64,000 nucleotides of DNA from Naegleria gruberi (taxonomy: Eukaryota): the NCBI GenBank assembly GCA_000004985.1, contig GG738896.1; one strand, given 5' to 3'. Under the pieces are notes generated by a model. That model was not told the DNA's origin. It was given only the letters and a program-made list of their open reading frames with translations, and did no database searches. Shown here in pieces: positions 11,074-20,859 of the stretch. The first letter of the stretch is position 1, and every line of letters begins with the position of its first letter. The translations under genes were made by a program, and so were the position numbers.

Positions 11074-11856
11074 TTAAAGCTGTTTTATTAGAATATTAAC
11101 ATTGAGGACAAACTTTTCAAAACAATGAGCCATGAAATTGAAGATTCTTCTTGGAATGCTTGTTTCTGCCAACATACTGACATCTCTTCTTGGGAAATCA
11201 TGATGATTATCGTGTTCATTTACATGGTGGACATGGTGTCCAACAAGAATTTCAAGAACAAGATTGATATCAACATATTTTTGGAAAGGATAATACTTGT
11301 CAACGAGTGAATCGAACCAACCTTCTTCATGAGCAAGAGTTGTGAAAACCATAAAGATTACAGACATGACAAGTCTACTCATTATCAAGTGACACATATA
11401 AGCCAATGGATTCATCAACAAGAATGGAAGAAGCAACAATACCAATCTACTGAAATACATGAGTGCAGTGTATCTTTTAGGTTCAGTCTTATTCTTCCTC
11501 TTCAAATAGCATTCATTATAATACAAATCAAATACTGAACTTCTCTTGAATAATATCCAACGATTTGGGGAGGATTTAAACCAATAGTCTGGATCAATCT
11601 TCATAATTTGTTTCTTTCTATAGGCAATATCAGCACGAGTCAAGTAACCAAGAGTCCATCTTCCTCCTAAGAATAAATAAACAGGCGATAAGGTAACCAT
11701 TTGGGTCATTATGCCAACACCTGCATAATTCATTAGAGCCATGGAAGCAAGTGGGACAAAACCTGAAACTAAATTGCAAGCCATCGAGGAAAATTTATCA
11801 TGAGCAACTTCCTTTCCTTTAACTGGATATCTGCCGTGTTGAGTTTGTTTAGCCAT
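11074..11856 (-). CDS. Multi-pass membrane protein with C-terminal His-box motifs (HxxHH ... HDNHHDFP); desaturase/hydroxylase-superfamily-like
   Basis: Real ATG at 11856. Several hydrophobic segments. GHHVHHVNEHDNHHDFP resembles the HNEHHDFP box of sphingolipid delta-4 desaturases. The first His box is not evident, so family assignment is tentative. Confidence 0.5.
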   Translation of the reverse strand: MAKQTQHGRYPVKGKEVAHDKFSSMACNLVSGFVPLASMALMNYAGVGIMTQMVTLSPVYLFLGGRWTLGYLTRADIAYRKKQIMKIDPDYWFKSSPNRWILFKRSSVFDLYYNECYLKRKNKTEPKRYTALMYFSRLVLLLLPFLLMNPLAYMCHLIMSRLVMSVIFMVFTTLAHEEGWFDSLVDKYYPFQKYVDINLVLEILVGHHVHHVNEHDNHHDFPRRDVSMLAETSIPRRIFNFMAHCFEKFVLNVNILIKQL

Positions 11857-12155
11857 TGTTGATGAGGGTATTTGTGTTGTTGTTTTTTTTTGTTGGAAAA
11901 GAGTAAAAGCATTTGCGAAGGCCTTTTATACTCTCGCTTGGCAACAAATTTTGTTTTTTTTATTTTTAAACTTTTGAGGCCACAAATTTTATTGTGCCAT
12001 TAAGCTTAAGAAGAACAACAAAGTCATGGTTAAAAGCTGTAGTTATGCACAGTGATATTTGATTAGTGTTCAGCACCCGTACTAACGTTTTTTTTCTCTT
12101 TAAAAATACAATGATGATGACTCTGTTGAACTCCAAACAAGTTATTCATGGGAAG

Positions 12156-12890
12156 TTACATTAGCAATAGATGTATTACTATCACTTCCACTATCAACAG
12201 CAATAGAGGTGATATTACCACCGAACAAGTGGGAATATCTATTAAAGTTTTGAAATCTCTTCTTTCGTGAGTCAGTATAGAGGGAACATTGGTAAAGATT
12301 TTCACAATATAATCCAGTTCACTAAAATCATTGCCACTAATCGTAGTAGTATTGGTTATTTCCAATATATTTTCAATAGCTTTTCCAAATTGAACACGAA
12401 CTCTGAGATCCTCTACTTGTTTATCTGTGAGTATCATCATTATCATCATCCTCTACTGGCCAGATATTTGCACTTCTCCCATAACTATCCTCTTTTGCTC
12501 GGCCATTTTCAAATCCAAATCAGTACACTTCTTTTTGGCAACAGATTCTGAATCTAGTGCTTGTTCCAGTTTTCTTCAAACGATTGCATTCACTATGTAA
12601 TTCATCAAGATCCTTATTTAATTCATTTTGTTGCTGGATTAATTTTTATTGGAATTCACTCTGTTGTTGGACTAGTTTTTCTTGGAATTCATTTTGTTGT
12701 TGGATTAATTTTTCTTCAAAATATATCTTTTGCTCTTCCAACTGGATTTCATTATTACCATAGTAGTAGTTCTTGAAACAATTTCTTCATTAGTGGGATG
12801 AGTTCTTGAAACAATTTCATTAGTACGCTTTGTCTCAGAAGCCTTCTTCTTTGTGCTGGAAGTGACTACAGTAGTGTACATTTGTAAAAA
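12156..12890 (-). pseudogene. Degraded coiled-coil gene: 33-bp tandem repeat with an in-frame nonsense change and frameshifts
   Basis: Minus-strand reading from ATG near 12888 gives ...EEKLIQQQNEFQEKLVQQQSEFQ*KLIQQQNEL.... The stop is a G-to-T change inside the third unit (CAAGAAAAA vs CAATAAAAA). Downstream coding-like sequence lies in two other frames (ORFs 12156-12449 and 12267-12551 fragments). Confidence 0.3.
12631..12730. repeat. Three imperfect tandem copies of a 33-bp unit
   Basis: ttgttgctggattaatttttattggaattcactc / tgttgttggactagtttttcttggaattcattt / tgttgttggattaatttttcttcaaaatatatc. Confidence 0.7.
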
Positions 12891-13084
12891 ATACCTTTAC
12901 TTATTGTGTCACTCATCATGTCTCACACAACCATTAATAAAAGAAAGCCTAAGTGATTGAGTATACGGAGGAGGAAACACGATATTATGGGGCAAAGGAA
13001 AATAGAATATATTAAGGTTGACTCATATTAGCACAAAGTAATAAATTTTATTGAGCTTTCATCAACGATCTTGTTAAAAAGTAT

Positions 13085-13345
13085 TTACAAAGGTACAATC
13101 TGTAATCCAAACACACATTCTTTTCTATCGTAATTAAAATCTCTAAAAATTAATTTCACATAAAACAAGTCTGGATTCAAATGAAATGGTCTGATGCAGG
13201 TGATGAACATCATCCCAAACTCCAAAAGTAAGTTATCTGGAATTCTAATGGCTGTTCCTGAGTGAGAAATTATGTCTTCATTGGTGAGGACATGGTTTTC
13301 TTTCTTGGATTTAAACAGAAATTCATCTGTACATCCACCATTCAA
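13085..13345 (-). CDS. Possible exon of an unresolved multi-exon gene (unknown function)
   Basis: 86-codon ORF with coding-like composition. Splice-like signals upstream (ACAG|GTTTGA ... AAAG|TTC) suggest further exons in 13346-13650. No recognisable domain. Confidence 0.25.
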   Translation of the reverse strand: MNGGCTDEFLFKSKKENHVLTNEDIISHSGTAIRIPDNLLLEFGMMFITCIRPFHLNPDLFYVKLIFRDFNYDRKECVFGLQIVPL

Positions 13346-13897
13346 ATCGCCATCTTTACAAAAATGAACTTTAGGATTTGCTCGACGTGATTTTTAGTCA
13401 ACCTTAATATATTGAGAAAGATCAAAATAGGGAGTGTTTATTGGTAGGTTCCCAATTATTTGTAAAAATCTACAGTTCTTTCAAACCTGTCATTTTGCAA
13501 TTGATAAATTGTAACAGAGGATGGATCGATATTCATTCCTAATTCAGGGAAGATGTGAATAGGATCGGAAATAAATGTTAACATTAAGCAGTTTTAAATG
13601 GAAACAGTCACTTGTGAAAAGGAACAGTAATATAAAATTCCAGGAATGTGATGGTATCAACACAATAGAATGTATTTCATTACAAGCAAGGATGTACCAA
13701 GTAACTCTTTAAGGGCTCAAATGTATTCAAAACAATCTAATGGATGAATCTAAATTTTCAAATCTATTAACATAATTACAAAATCTTCCAATTTATGATA
13801 GTTTTAGTGATTAAGTATTAAAATTACATATCAAACACTTTTATTAGACGGTAATTAAAAGTACTAGGTCAGTTATCACTAATACATTCTAAATTGA

Positions 13898-15658
13898 TTA
13901 CTTTCTCTTCTTCTTCTTATTCTCCTCAGTTGCCAAACTAGTCAACTCTCCTCTTTCCAAACTTTTAAATTGTGCAAGATCTTTTTCTCCAACAACAGCA
14001 GCCATATTAGCCAAATAGGTATCAATCATTTCTTCATTGGTAATATTCATCTCAACATAATAAGGAGTTCCATACCAAGTATCCCAATCATTTTCCTCAC
14101 TAAACACTTTTTCAATGTCATTAATTGGAATTCTGTCCTTTCTTCCCTTTCTTGGGATTTTACATGCTTGGCAATAGTAAAAGTGATTGTGAAGTTGGTA
14201 GTGAACTATTACAACAACGTGGTCATTTAAAAGTTTGCCATGAATGAAGAATCCTTTTCTGAAAAGCTCAATTGGGTTTTTGAATATAATTTCCAAACTG
14301 CAAAATCTCTCAAATTCCATAATTCCAATGCTTTTGTAATTCTGTTTGGTGACTTGGCAATTTTCAACCTTGTCAATGTCAATTGTGTTTCTGAATTTGA
14401 TGATAAATATTTCAGTATCTTGTTTCAAGTAAGCATCAAATAGAGAATAACAAATATCGAAACAGAAAGAGCTGGTTGATGTATCAAAGTATGCGAATCC
14501 AATACGACAAGTGGCAGCTTGAGTCTCTCTTTCAAAATCAAGTTGTTGAGCTGTAGAAGTTCCCAATGCCTTCTTAATAATGAGATAGACCCCATTCAAA
14601 AGTGAACTTCCTCCATCAGGATTACAACAAGTAGTAAATTCAATTTTTGAATAGTCCTTGAACTCATCTTTGAGATAATCTTTTTGTCTATTGACATAGT
14701 CTTCCAATTTTTCAACAGAAATATATTCTTCGACTAATTTTCTGAAATAGGCATGTGAAACAAAGCCACCACATACAATAACATTCTTACAACGATATTG
14801 AAGGATAACATCAAGAATTGGTTCAGCAATCTCTGCAACACCCTCTGTGAAACAACTTTCCAAATTGGAATATTGCTCCGGTAACTTGTCAGAATCTCTG
14901 TCATTGAAAAGTGCCTTCATTACCATCATTGTATCAATTGAACTATCCATCTTCTTGATCTTCTCATGAATGAGTGAGATTCCTCTTGTTTCACCACTCA
15001 CTTGAATGATTTTTTCATCTTTCTTAACAATTGAATCAGAAGTCAAACAACCAACATCTACAACAATACAGCTACTTGAATCATCTAAATGGAGGAGTAA
15101 TGAATATTCCTCAATGATGTAAACATCACTCATTCCAATAGAACTGTTTAAGAAGGTCATTCCAATAACTTCATGAGCAATTTTCTTGAATCTCCTCTTA
15201 ACTTCAATGTCAGTATCGGTTGGAACTGTGAAAATGAAGCATTTAGCTTCATAACAATTCTTTTCTCCCTTTTTAGGAAATGTACATGAAGTCATGAGTA
15301 ATTTCAAAAACTCTTTCAACAAATATTCAACTTGAAACTCTTTTCCTTCAACAGAAATAGTTTTTTGATCCAATACAGTGAACCATTTCTTGATGCTTGG
15401 AAATAAAATTGAAGAATCTGAAACTTTTTGTAAAGAAAACTTCTTTGAAAGTTTACAATAGTAAAGCCAGGTCTTTACAAATTCAACACTTGTTCCAAAA
15501 TCTGATGAAGATTTCATAGGAGAGAAAGTAATAGTATCACAATTCAAACTGTTTCCCTTAATTTGAAACTTCTTTCCTTTACAAAAGCTTGATCCAATGT
15601 CAAATGCCAAAATATTGGAATATTCACTTTTCAAGTTGAAAACTCCTGAATTGAACAA
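13898..15658 (-). CDS. Actin/Hsp70-superfamily ATPase-fold protein with basic C-terminus (5' end incomplete)
   Basis: Phosphate-1-like ILAFDIGSSFCKG and phosphate-2-like VVDVGCLTSDSIV motifs. C-terminal KKKKRK. No ATG near the ORF start (a TTG after an in-frame TAG). A GTAAGT donor at 15770-15775 on the minus strand and the adjacent gap indicate that upstream exons are in or beyond the N run. Confidence 0.55.
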   Translation of the reverse strand: MFNSGVFNLKSEYSNILAFDIGSSFCKGKKFQIKGNSLNCDTITFSPMKSSSDFGTSVEFVKTWLYYCKLSKKFSLQKVSDSSILFPSIKKWFTVLDQKTISVEGKEFQVEYLLKEFLKLLMTSCTFPKKGEKNCYEAKCFIFTVPTDTDIEVKRRFKKIAHEVIGMTFLNSSIGMSDVYIIEEYSLLLHLDDSSSCIVVDVGCLTSDSIVKKDEKIIQVSGETRGISLIHEKIKKMDSSIDTMMVMKALFNDRDSDKLPEQYSNLESCFTEGVAEIAEPILDVILQYRCKNVIVCGGFVSHAYFRKLVEEYISVEKLEDYVNRQKDYLKDEFKDYSKIEFTTCCNPDGGSSLLNGVYLIIKKALGTSTAQQLDFERETQAATCRIGFAYFDTSTSSFCFDICYSLFDAYLKQDTEIFIIKFRNTIDIDKVENCQVTKQNYKSIGIMEFERFCSLEIIFKNPIELFRKGFFIHGKLLNDHVVVIVHYQLHNHFYYCQACKIPRKGRKDRIPINDIEKVFSEENDWDTWYGTPYYVEMNITNEEMIDTYLANMAAVVGEKDLAQFKSLERGELTSLATEENKKKKRK

Positions 15659-15822
15659 TCTTCGACTGGATCTAAATTGTCTCTAGGTAATTCTCCAAGT
15701 TTGTCAAGTTCAATTTTAAGATCGTCAAGATATTTATCAATCTACTGACATTCGAATAGAAGATCAACTCTACTTACCTGACTATCAGTTGGAATATGAT
15801 CTTTCAAAGATTTTGAAACTGG

Positions 15823-16127
15823 NNNNNNNNNNNNNNNNNNNNNNNNNNNNNNNNNNNNNNNNNNNNNNNNNNNNNNNNNNNNNNNNNNNNNNNNNNNNNN
15901 NNNNNNNNNNNNNNNNNNNNNNNNNNNNNNNNNNNNNNNNNNNNNNNNNNNNNNNNNNNNNNNNNNNNNNNNNNNNNNNNNNNNNNNNNNNNNNNNNNNN
16001 NNNNNNNNNNNNNNNNNNNNNNNNNNNNNNNNNNNNNNNNNNNNNNNNNNNNNNNNNNNNNNNNNNNNNNNNNNNNNNNNNNNNNNNNNNNNNNNNNNNN
16101 NNNNNNNNNNNNNNNNNNNNNNNNNNN
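15823..16127. other. Assembly gap (305 N)
   Basis: Run of N. Genes on both sides are truncated by it. Confidence 1.
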
Positions 16128-17182
16128 CAATATCCGAAACTACAAATAATCCAATTTCTAATCATGATCAAACTTTGGAACAAATTTTGGATGAACATTG
16201 TCGAATGATGTTTTTGGATATTCTATTCGATATGAAAGAGTTTACGATGGATGAAATATTTGATAGGAATGATGGAGATATTAATTGTGAAATGGAAAGT
16301 GTTGTAGAATCATTCAAGGGATGTCCAAAAAATGGATGGAATTCAGTATTGGATCAATATTCGTATAAAGTTTATGCTAATTTGTGGATTAATTATCCTA
16401 AACTGAGAGAAATATTTGCGAAATCATTGATAGTGTTTGTTCCAGTAGAAGTGATTGTGAACTATGATCAATTTTTTAGATTAATTAATAAGGGAGAAAT
16501 CTCAATGAATCAACTGAAATTTATTCGAATTCAAGGGGATAGAACTCGAGAATTAAAATTGGAAATAGGGAATGAATCTTTCTTACTGGTTGATGTTAAG
16601 AAATACACAACATTAGGCAATAGACAAGCCCGTTTAAGGAGATGGCAAGAACTTAATTCCAATGCCAAATTTGGAATCGTTATTCAAAGTCTCATTAGTT
16701 TCGATCATCCTTTTGAATTTTCTGAATATGAATTCTTTGATTCGATTGGAATTATCAAAGAATATTTAACCCATAAGGCATCAAAGGAATTGCGAATTGT
16801 TTTCATGTTTACAATGGCCGATTTACTATATGAAAAATCAACTTTCCAATCCAAGAATTTGAAAGAACCCACTAGAGATCGAATAGAATTGAAACATATT
16901 GGAAATATGAATAAGGAACGAGATTTGATTAATTCAGTTCTTGACTTTTATCAAAACGTGTTTGAGACTTTCAGAGAGAATGAAAAATTCGAGTATCATA
17001 TTATTAATAATCTGTCCACTGATGAATCATATCAAGCACTGATAGAATCGAATAAGGAAAACGATGATCCAACCAAGCAGGTCATTATTTCTAGATCATT
17101 GATAAGGCGTTCGCTGGGAGTTTTATACAAAATGATTGGTCAATCACAATTATCAGATGTAAGCATTCGTATCACCGATTAG
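16128..17182 (+). CDS. Hypothetical protein, 5' partial (reading frame is open from the gap edge)
   Basis: The in-frame reading is open from 16128 with no stop (..ISETTNNPISNHDQTLEQILDEHCRMMF..) and continues to the TAG at 17180-82. No recognisable domain. Confidence 0.5.
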
Positions 17183-17359
17183 AAAAGAAATAATATTGAA
17201 AAGAAACTTTGACTAGTTTCGAATAAGCTGTTGTTTAAATTCAGAGATTAGAGATTCACCAAGTTCTAGGCTACTCAAATGTATAGGCGAAAATAGTGAT
17301 GATTTAATTATCAATATATATATCCATATATCAATTATTATAATTTAATTCTTGATCTT

Positions 17360-17689
17360 TTGGAACCAGAGGAAGTTGAAATTGATATTGGTGATGATAT
17401 GGATGATGATCCAATCCAACCAGTTACTCATCAATCAAGTGGAGGATATGATCCAGAATTTGAAGAAATGAAGAAGAAATTCAAAAAACCAACTGGTGCC
17501 TCAGAAGGTTGTGTTAATTGCATTATGAAGGAATATATGAAGACTAAAGCTAACACTGAAAAGTTTGGTATTGGTGCTAATCCTGACAATGTAAGCTATG
17601 AGCTTTTACAATTCAACTCTTCCTGGGCCTTCAAAGAAGACAATTTCGAGAGTCATTTTGATTTAGAGTTATATGTTTTTGTTGGATAG
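17360..17689 (+). CDS. Possible small acidic protein / exon (uncertain)
   Basis: 109-codon ORF with acidic N-terminus DDMDDDPIQP. An internal GTAAGC at about 17591 could be a donor. No convincing ATG context. Confidence 0.25.
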   Translation: MEPEEVEIDIGDDMDDDPIQPVTHQSSGGYDPEFEEMKKKFKKPTGASEGCVNCIMKEYMKTKANTEKFGIGANPDNVSYELLQFNSSWAFKEDNFESHFDLELYVFVG

Positions 17690-17734
17690 GTTGAAATAAT
17701 ATTGTAAAGTGATGATAATTTTGACATGGTGAAT

Positions 17735-17852
17735 GGCTACGGCCATATCACGATGAATGCACCTCATCCCGTCCGATTTGAGAAGTTAAGCATCGTAGAG
17801 CCACATCAGTACTGAGGTTGGAGACAACTTGGGAACCTGTGGTGCTGTAGTC
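17735..17852 (+). rRNA. 5S ribosomal RNA, copy 2 (variant)
   Basis: 118 nt with one substitution relative to copies 1 and 3 (CATCGTAGAG vs CATCGTCGAG). T5 terminator. Lacks the conserved upstream element of copies 1 and 3. Confidence 0.9.
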
Positions 17853-17989
17853 TTTTTAACTTTTCCTTAATGTTGATTTCAAAAAAAGCAATACAAAGCC
17901 GAAATTGGTCCCACTAAGGAAATGAAAGGAAATGAGGGTATTATTCCAAAATAAATAATATATAAAACATAGTTCCCTGACGATGATTA

Positions 17990-18386
17990 TTAATATGATT
18001 GGTTGCTGTTATTCGAATGCCAAGCGGCTAATGATGTCACAGGTAAAAAATCTTCCAATCCAATCTTTTTCAAAGATGATGTTTCAATGTAAGTAATGTA
18101 ACCAGTACGTCTTGCAATATCTTCTCCTTCCTCAAAGGTAATTGGCTTTCGAAGATTTGAGTGTTGGAATACAGAATACCTTTCGTCAATTTTACACTCA
18201 CATCCCTTTTGCTTTCGTGCGTATATCAGGAATGAATTTTTCAATTGACAATGTCAAAGACTTCAATGACCAGACAGAGAAACAAACACAACATAAATTG
18301 GCAATTGGATAAAATACAGTTTTTGTTCCATAACCTGTACGACAAGCTAAATTCCACATTTTCATACTAACTGTATTCTCCTTCAA
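17990..18386 (-). pseudogene. Degenerate Rho-family GTPase paralogue (pseudo-GTPase or pseudogene)
   Basis: Collinear with the Rho domain at 38693-39310: ENTVSMKMWNLACRTGYGTKTVFYPIANLCCVCFSVWS vs [41 protein letters not shown]. The switch II DTAGQ is replaced by NLACR. PIILVGTK (G4, NKxD) is lost through deletion and frameshift around 18230-18250. No upstream G1 exon was found. The C-terminal ITFEEGEDIARRTGYITYIETSSL segment is retained. Confidence 0.4.
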
Positions 18387-18767
18387 TTGAACTCACAATT
18401 ATCATAAATTTCTGGAAAATTTTCATATAATCCATCTGTTCACTTGTTAATTTTAGAATTTCATGAATTCAATAAATTTTGCTATAATTAATATTTCCAC
18501 TTTTGGCAACCCATTTCATTTAATTCATTAACTTTCACTTGGTAGTTTCGATTTGTTTCATCCTCAAATAATCTTCCATCAAAAGAGATCGTGAGAATGG
18601 ATAATAATTATTAGAAATCAATAAAAGGTTTCCGATAGTATGTAAATCTAGAAATTTAATTCAGTGATCGATCTTTCTAATAACATTTTTTTGAGCTAAT
18701 ATTTCAAACTATTTCAAACTAAATATACATTGCCGAAACTGAGCTTGGCAATACATGTACAGGGCTG

Positions 18768-20216
18768 TTAATGCGACTTGTTATGTTGAAATAAATCTTG
18801 TATGCAACGAAAAGGACTTTCCAAACTTAAACAAGCAATTATTATAATATCCTTATCATTTCTTATTAATGGATCTTCAACAAATTCAAGTAAACTTCCT
18901 CGTCTGTAAACAGCTTCCTTTACAACATCATAATCATTCCTAAGCACATAGGACGCAAATTTGATTGATTCTGGATTGCTTTTGACAGAAGCCAGCATGA
19001 TTTCCTTATTATTTCTTAATGAAATAGGGACATGCTCAATTGCATTTCCACTGGGGAATGTAACAGCATCTAAAACAATATCAAAATCATCCTGTAGTTC
19101 CTTAGGTACAAACTTTAAAGCATCACCATTCCATCTTACTGCAATTTTAGCAATTTCCTTTTTGTTTTTCAATCGGTCAGAGGCAAATTGTAAAGCTAGT
19201 CCATTTTTCTCCACTGCAATTCGAACTATTTCTTCATCATCCTTAAATTCCTCACTTGTATTTTTAAGGGAAAGTGGCGAATAACCAACACATTCCTTTA
19301 CAATAGCCCGTAAATATTCCTGTTTGAGTTTACAATTCTCTTCAAAATCCTGTGTTAAAAATATCCTTTCATTCCACATTTGAAATTCATGGGCTATTTC
19401 CAACATCTCCTTGTGTGTGAAGGGTTTCGTTTCATGCGACATTAACCTCTTTACAATGTTTTTCACATCACTATTGCTCTCCTCTTCTCTATAATCGTAG
19501 TAAAACTTGAAATCATGGTACGTTTCATAATTGTGAAATCTGAAAAAATCACCATAAATATTAATGGCAACAGAGTGTAATTCCTTTTTAAGTCTGAGAG
19601 AAGCAAAATCATAAGCAATTACTTCATCACAAGCAAAATCATCGATAGCATCGTTATTGAACAAATAAAAAGCATCTGAATACATGGCTGCTATCACAAC
19701 ATCCACATCATCTCGCAATTCTTTTGAAGCAAATTCAAGAGCTAGCCCACAAGTAGAGACAGCTGCCAAAGCTGCTTTCTTATTGTTTCCACATTCTTTT
19801 TGATACCAATCAAGAGAACAAGGATTAAGTGCACATGCCACTTGACTAAACTCCTCATAAATATATAAATTCAACGTCCCTCCAATGTCAATACTATCTT
19901 CACTGCTAAATTTAAATAATTCTTCCGTAATATATTGTCCATCTCTTTTCCAATTCAATTTTAATTGTTCAAAAGCAAATTCCCTTTCATCATTGTCTTG
20001 ATTACATTTTTCAAAGGCCTTTAGGATAGGGTGAATAATCAATTCGTATTTCACATTTTTTGGAACATCACGAATTTGTTGCATTAAAATTGGAGATTTA
20101 AAACTTTGATCGAGAAGTATTCGTACATGGGAAGAGTTGGAATTGATATTGTCGTAGGTTGCCTTCTTTTTGAGAGGAGGTGAGGAAACGGAATTCTCTA
20201 GGCAACTTCTTTTCAT
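18768..20216 (-). CDS. DUF4116-repeat protein
   Basis: Real ATG at 20216 (the ORF track begins 9 nt upstream at a GTG). At least four DUF4116-type repeats (ALEFASKELRDDVDVVIAAM; ALQFASDRLKNKKEIAKIAV; ALKFVPKELQDDFDIVLDAV; ...). Confidence 0.7.
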   Translation of the reverse strand: MKRSCLENSVSSPPLKKKATYDNINSNSSHVRILLDQSFKSPILMQQIRDVPKNVKYELIIHPILKAFEKCNQDNDEREFAFEQLKLNWKRDGQYITEELFKFSSEDSIDIGGTLNLYIYEEFSQVACALNPCSLDWYQKECGNNKKAALAAVSTCGLALEFASKELRDDVDVVIAAMYSDAFYLFNNDAIDDFACDEVIAYDFASLRLKKELHSVAINIYGDFFRFHNYETYHDFKFYYDYREEESNSDVKNIVKRLMSHETKPFTHKEMLEIAHEFQMWNERIFLTQDFEENCKLKQEYLRAIVKECVGYSPLSLKNTSEEFKDDEEIVRIAVEKNGLALQFASDRLKNKKEIAKIAVRWNGDALKFVPKELQDDFDIVLDAVTFPSGNAIEHVPISLRNNKEIMLASVKSNPESIKFASYVLRNDYDVVKEAVYRRGSLLEFVEDPLIRNDKDIIIIACLSLESPFRCIQDLFQHNKSH

Positions 20217-20552
20217 TTTTTCCACTTTCGAATTTTAATTTTCATGCTATGAAATAGATAGAATTTCGTCCATTGATCAATGGTATAGAGGCGATTGGAA
20301 TAGTTTGAGACATTTTGGAGTTGAAACAAGAGATGATGAAATATTCTTCCTTTACGACATTTTTGGAAAAAAATAGAGTCAAAGTTGAGGGATCCAAAAA
20401 AGGAAATACTAAATATTTTTAAAAAATAAAAACGGAATTATGGAGCATATCATCTACACGATCAACTGACTAAAAATCGACAAAAAATAACATATATTGA
20501 ACTAGAAAATATAAAATTATTAATCATTACCCCCCATTTAAATCATTAAAAA

Positions 20553-20670
20553 GACTACAGCACCACAGGTTCCCAAGTTGTCTCCAACCTCAGTACTGAT
20601 GTGGCTCGACGATGCTTAACTTCTCAAATCGGACGGGATGAGGTGCATGAATCGTGATATGGCCGTAGCC
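20553..20670 (-). rRNA. 5S ribosomal RNA, copy 3
   Basis: Reverse complement is identical to copy 1. Poly-T terminator on the minus strand at 20548-20552. Conserved element on its 5' side at 20671-20699. Confidence 0.9.
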
Positions 20671-20699
20671 ATTAAATATCATAAATTAAGATTTATCAA
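20671..20699 (-). promoter_or_regulatory. Conserved AT-rich element 5' of 5S copy 3 (same as 2048-2076)
   Basis: The reverse complement TTGATAAATCTTAATTTATGATATTTAAT matches the copy 1 flank at 28 of 29 positions. Confidence 0.4.
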
Positions 20700-20859
20700 A
20701 AGAATGTGCTCTGATTCGAATATGGAATAAACTCAGGTATGCAATTAGGATGAATACTACATTCACCAATTCTAAATATACAGATTCAAATTGATGAGTT
20801 TGTGGATTATGTTATACTAGTAATATTCTAATTTTGGAAAGTTTAATTTTAAAAAAAAA

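Noticed and set aside
12557-12776. Plus-strand ORFs encoding FVAGLIFIGIHSVVGLVFLG repeats
   Set aside because: They are the antisense reading of the 33-bp tandem repeat. The sense (minus) strand gives a Q/E-rich coiled coil that matches the flanking gene remnant.
15785-16208. ORFs consisting largely of X (15785-16198, 15789-16208, 15804-16130, 21010-21993, 21115-22032, 21119-21916)
   Set aside because: They span runs of N (assembly gaps) and are not real reading frames.
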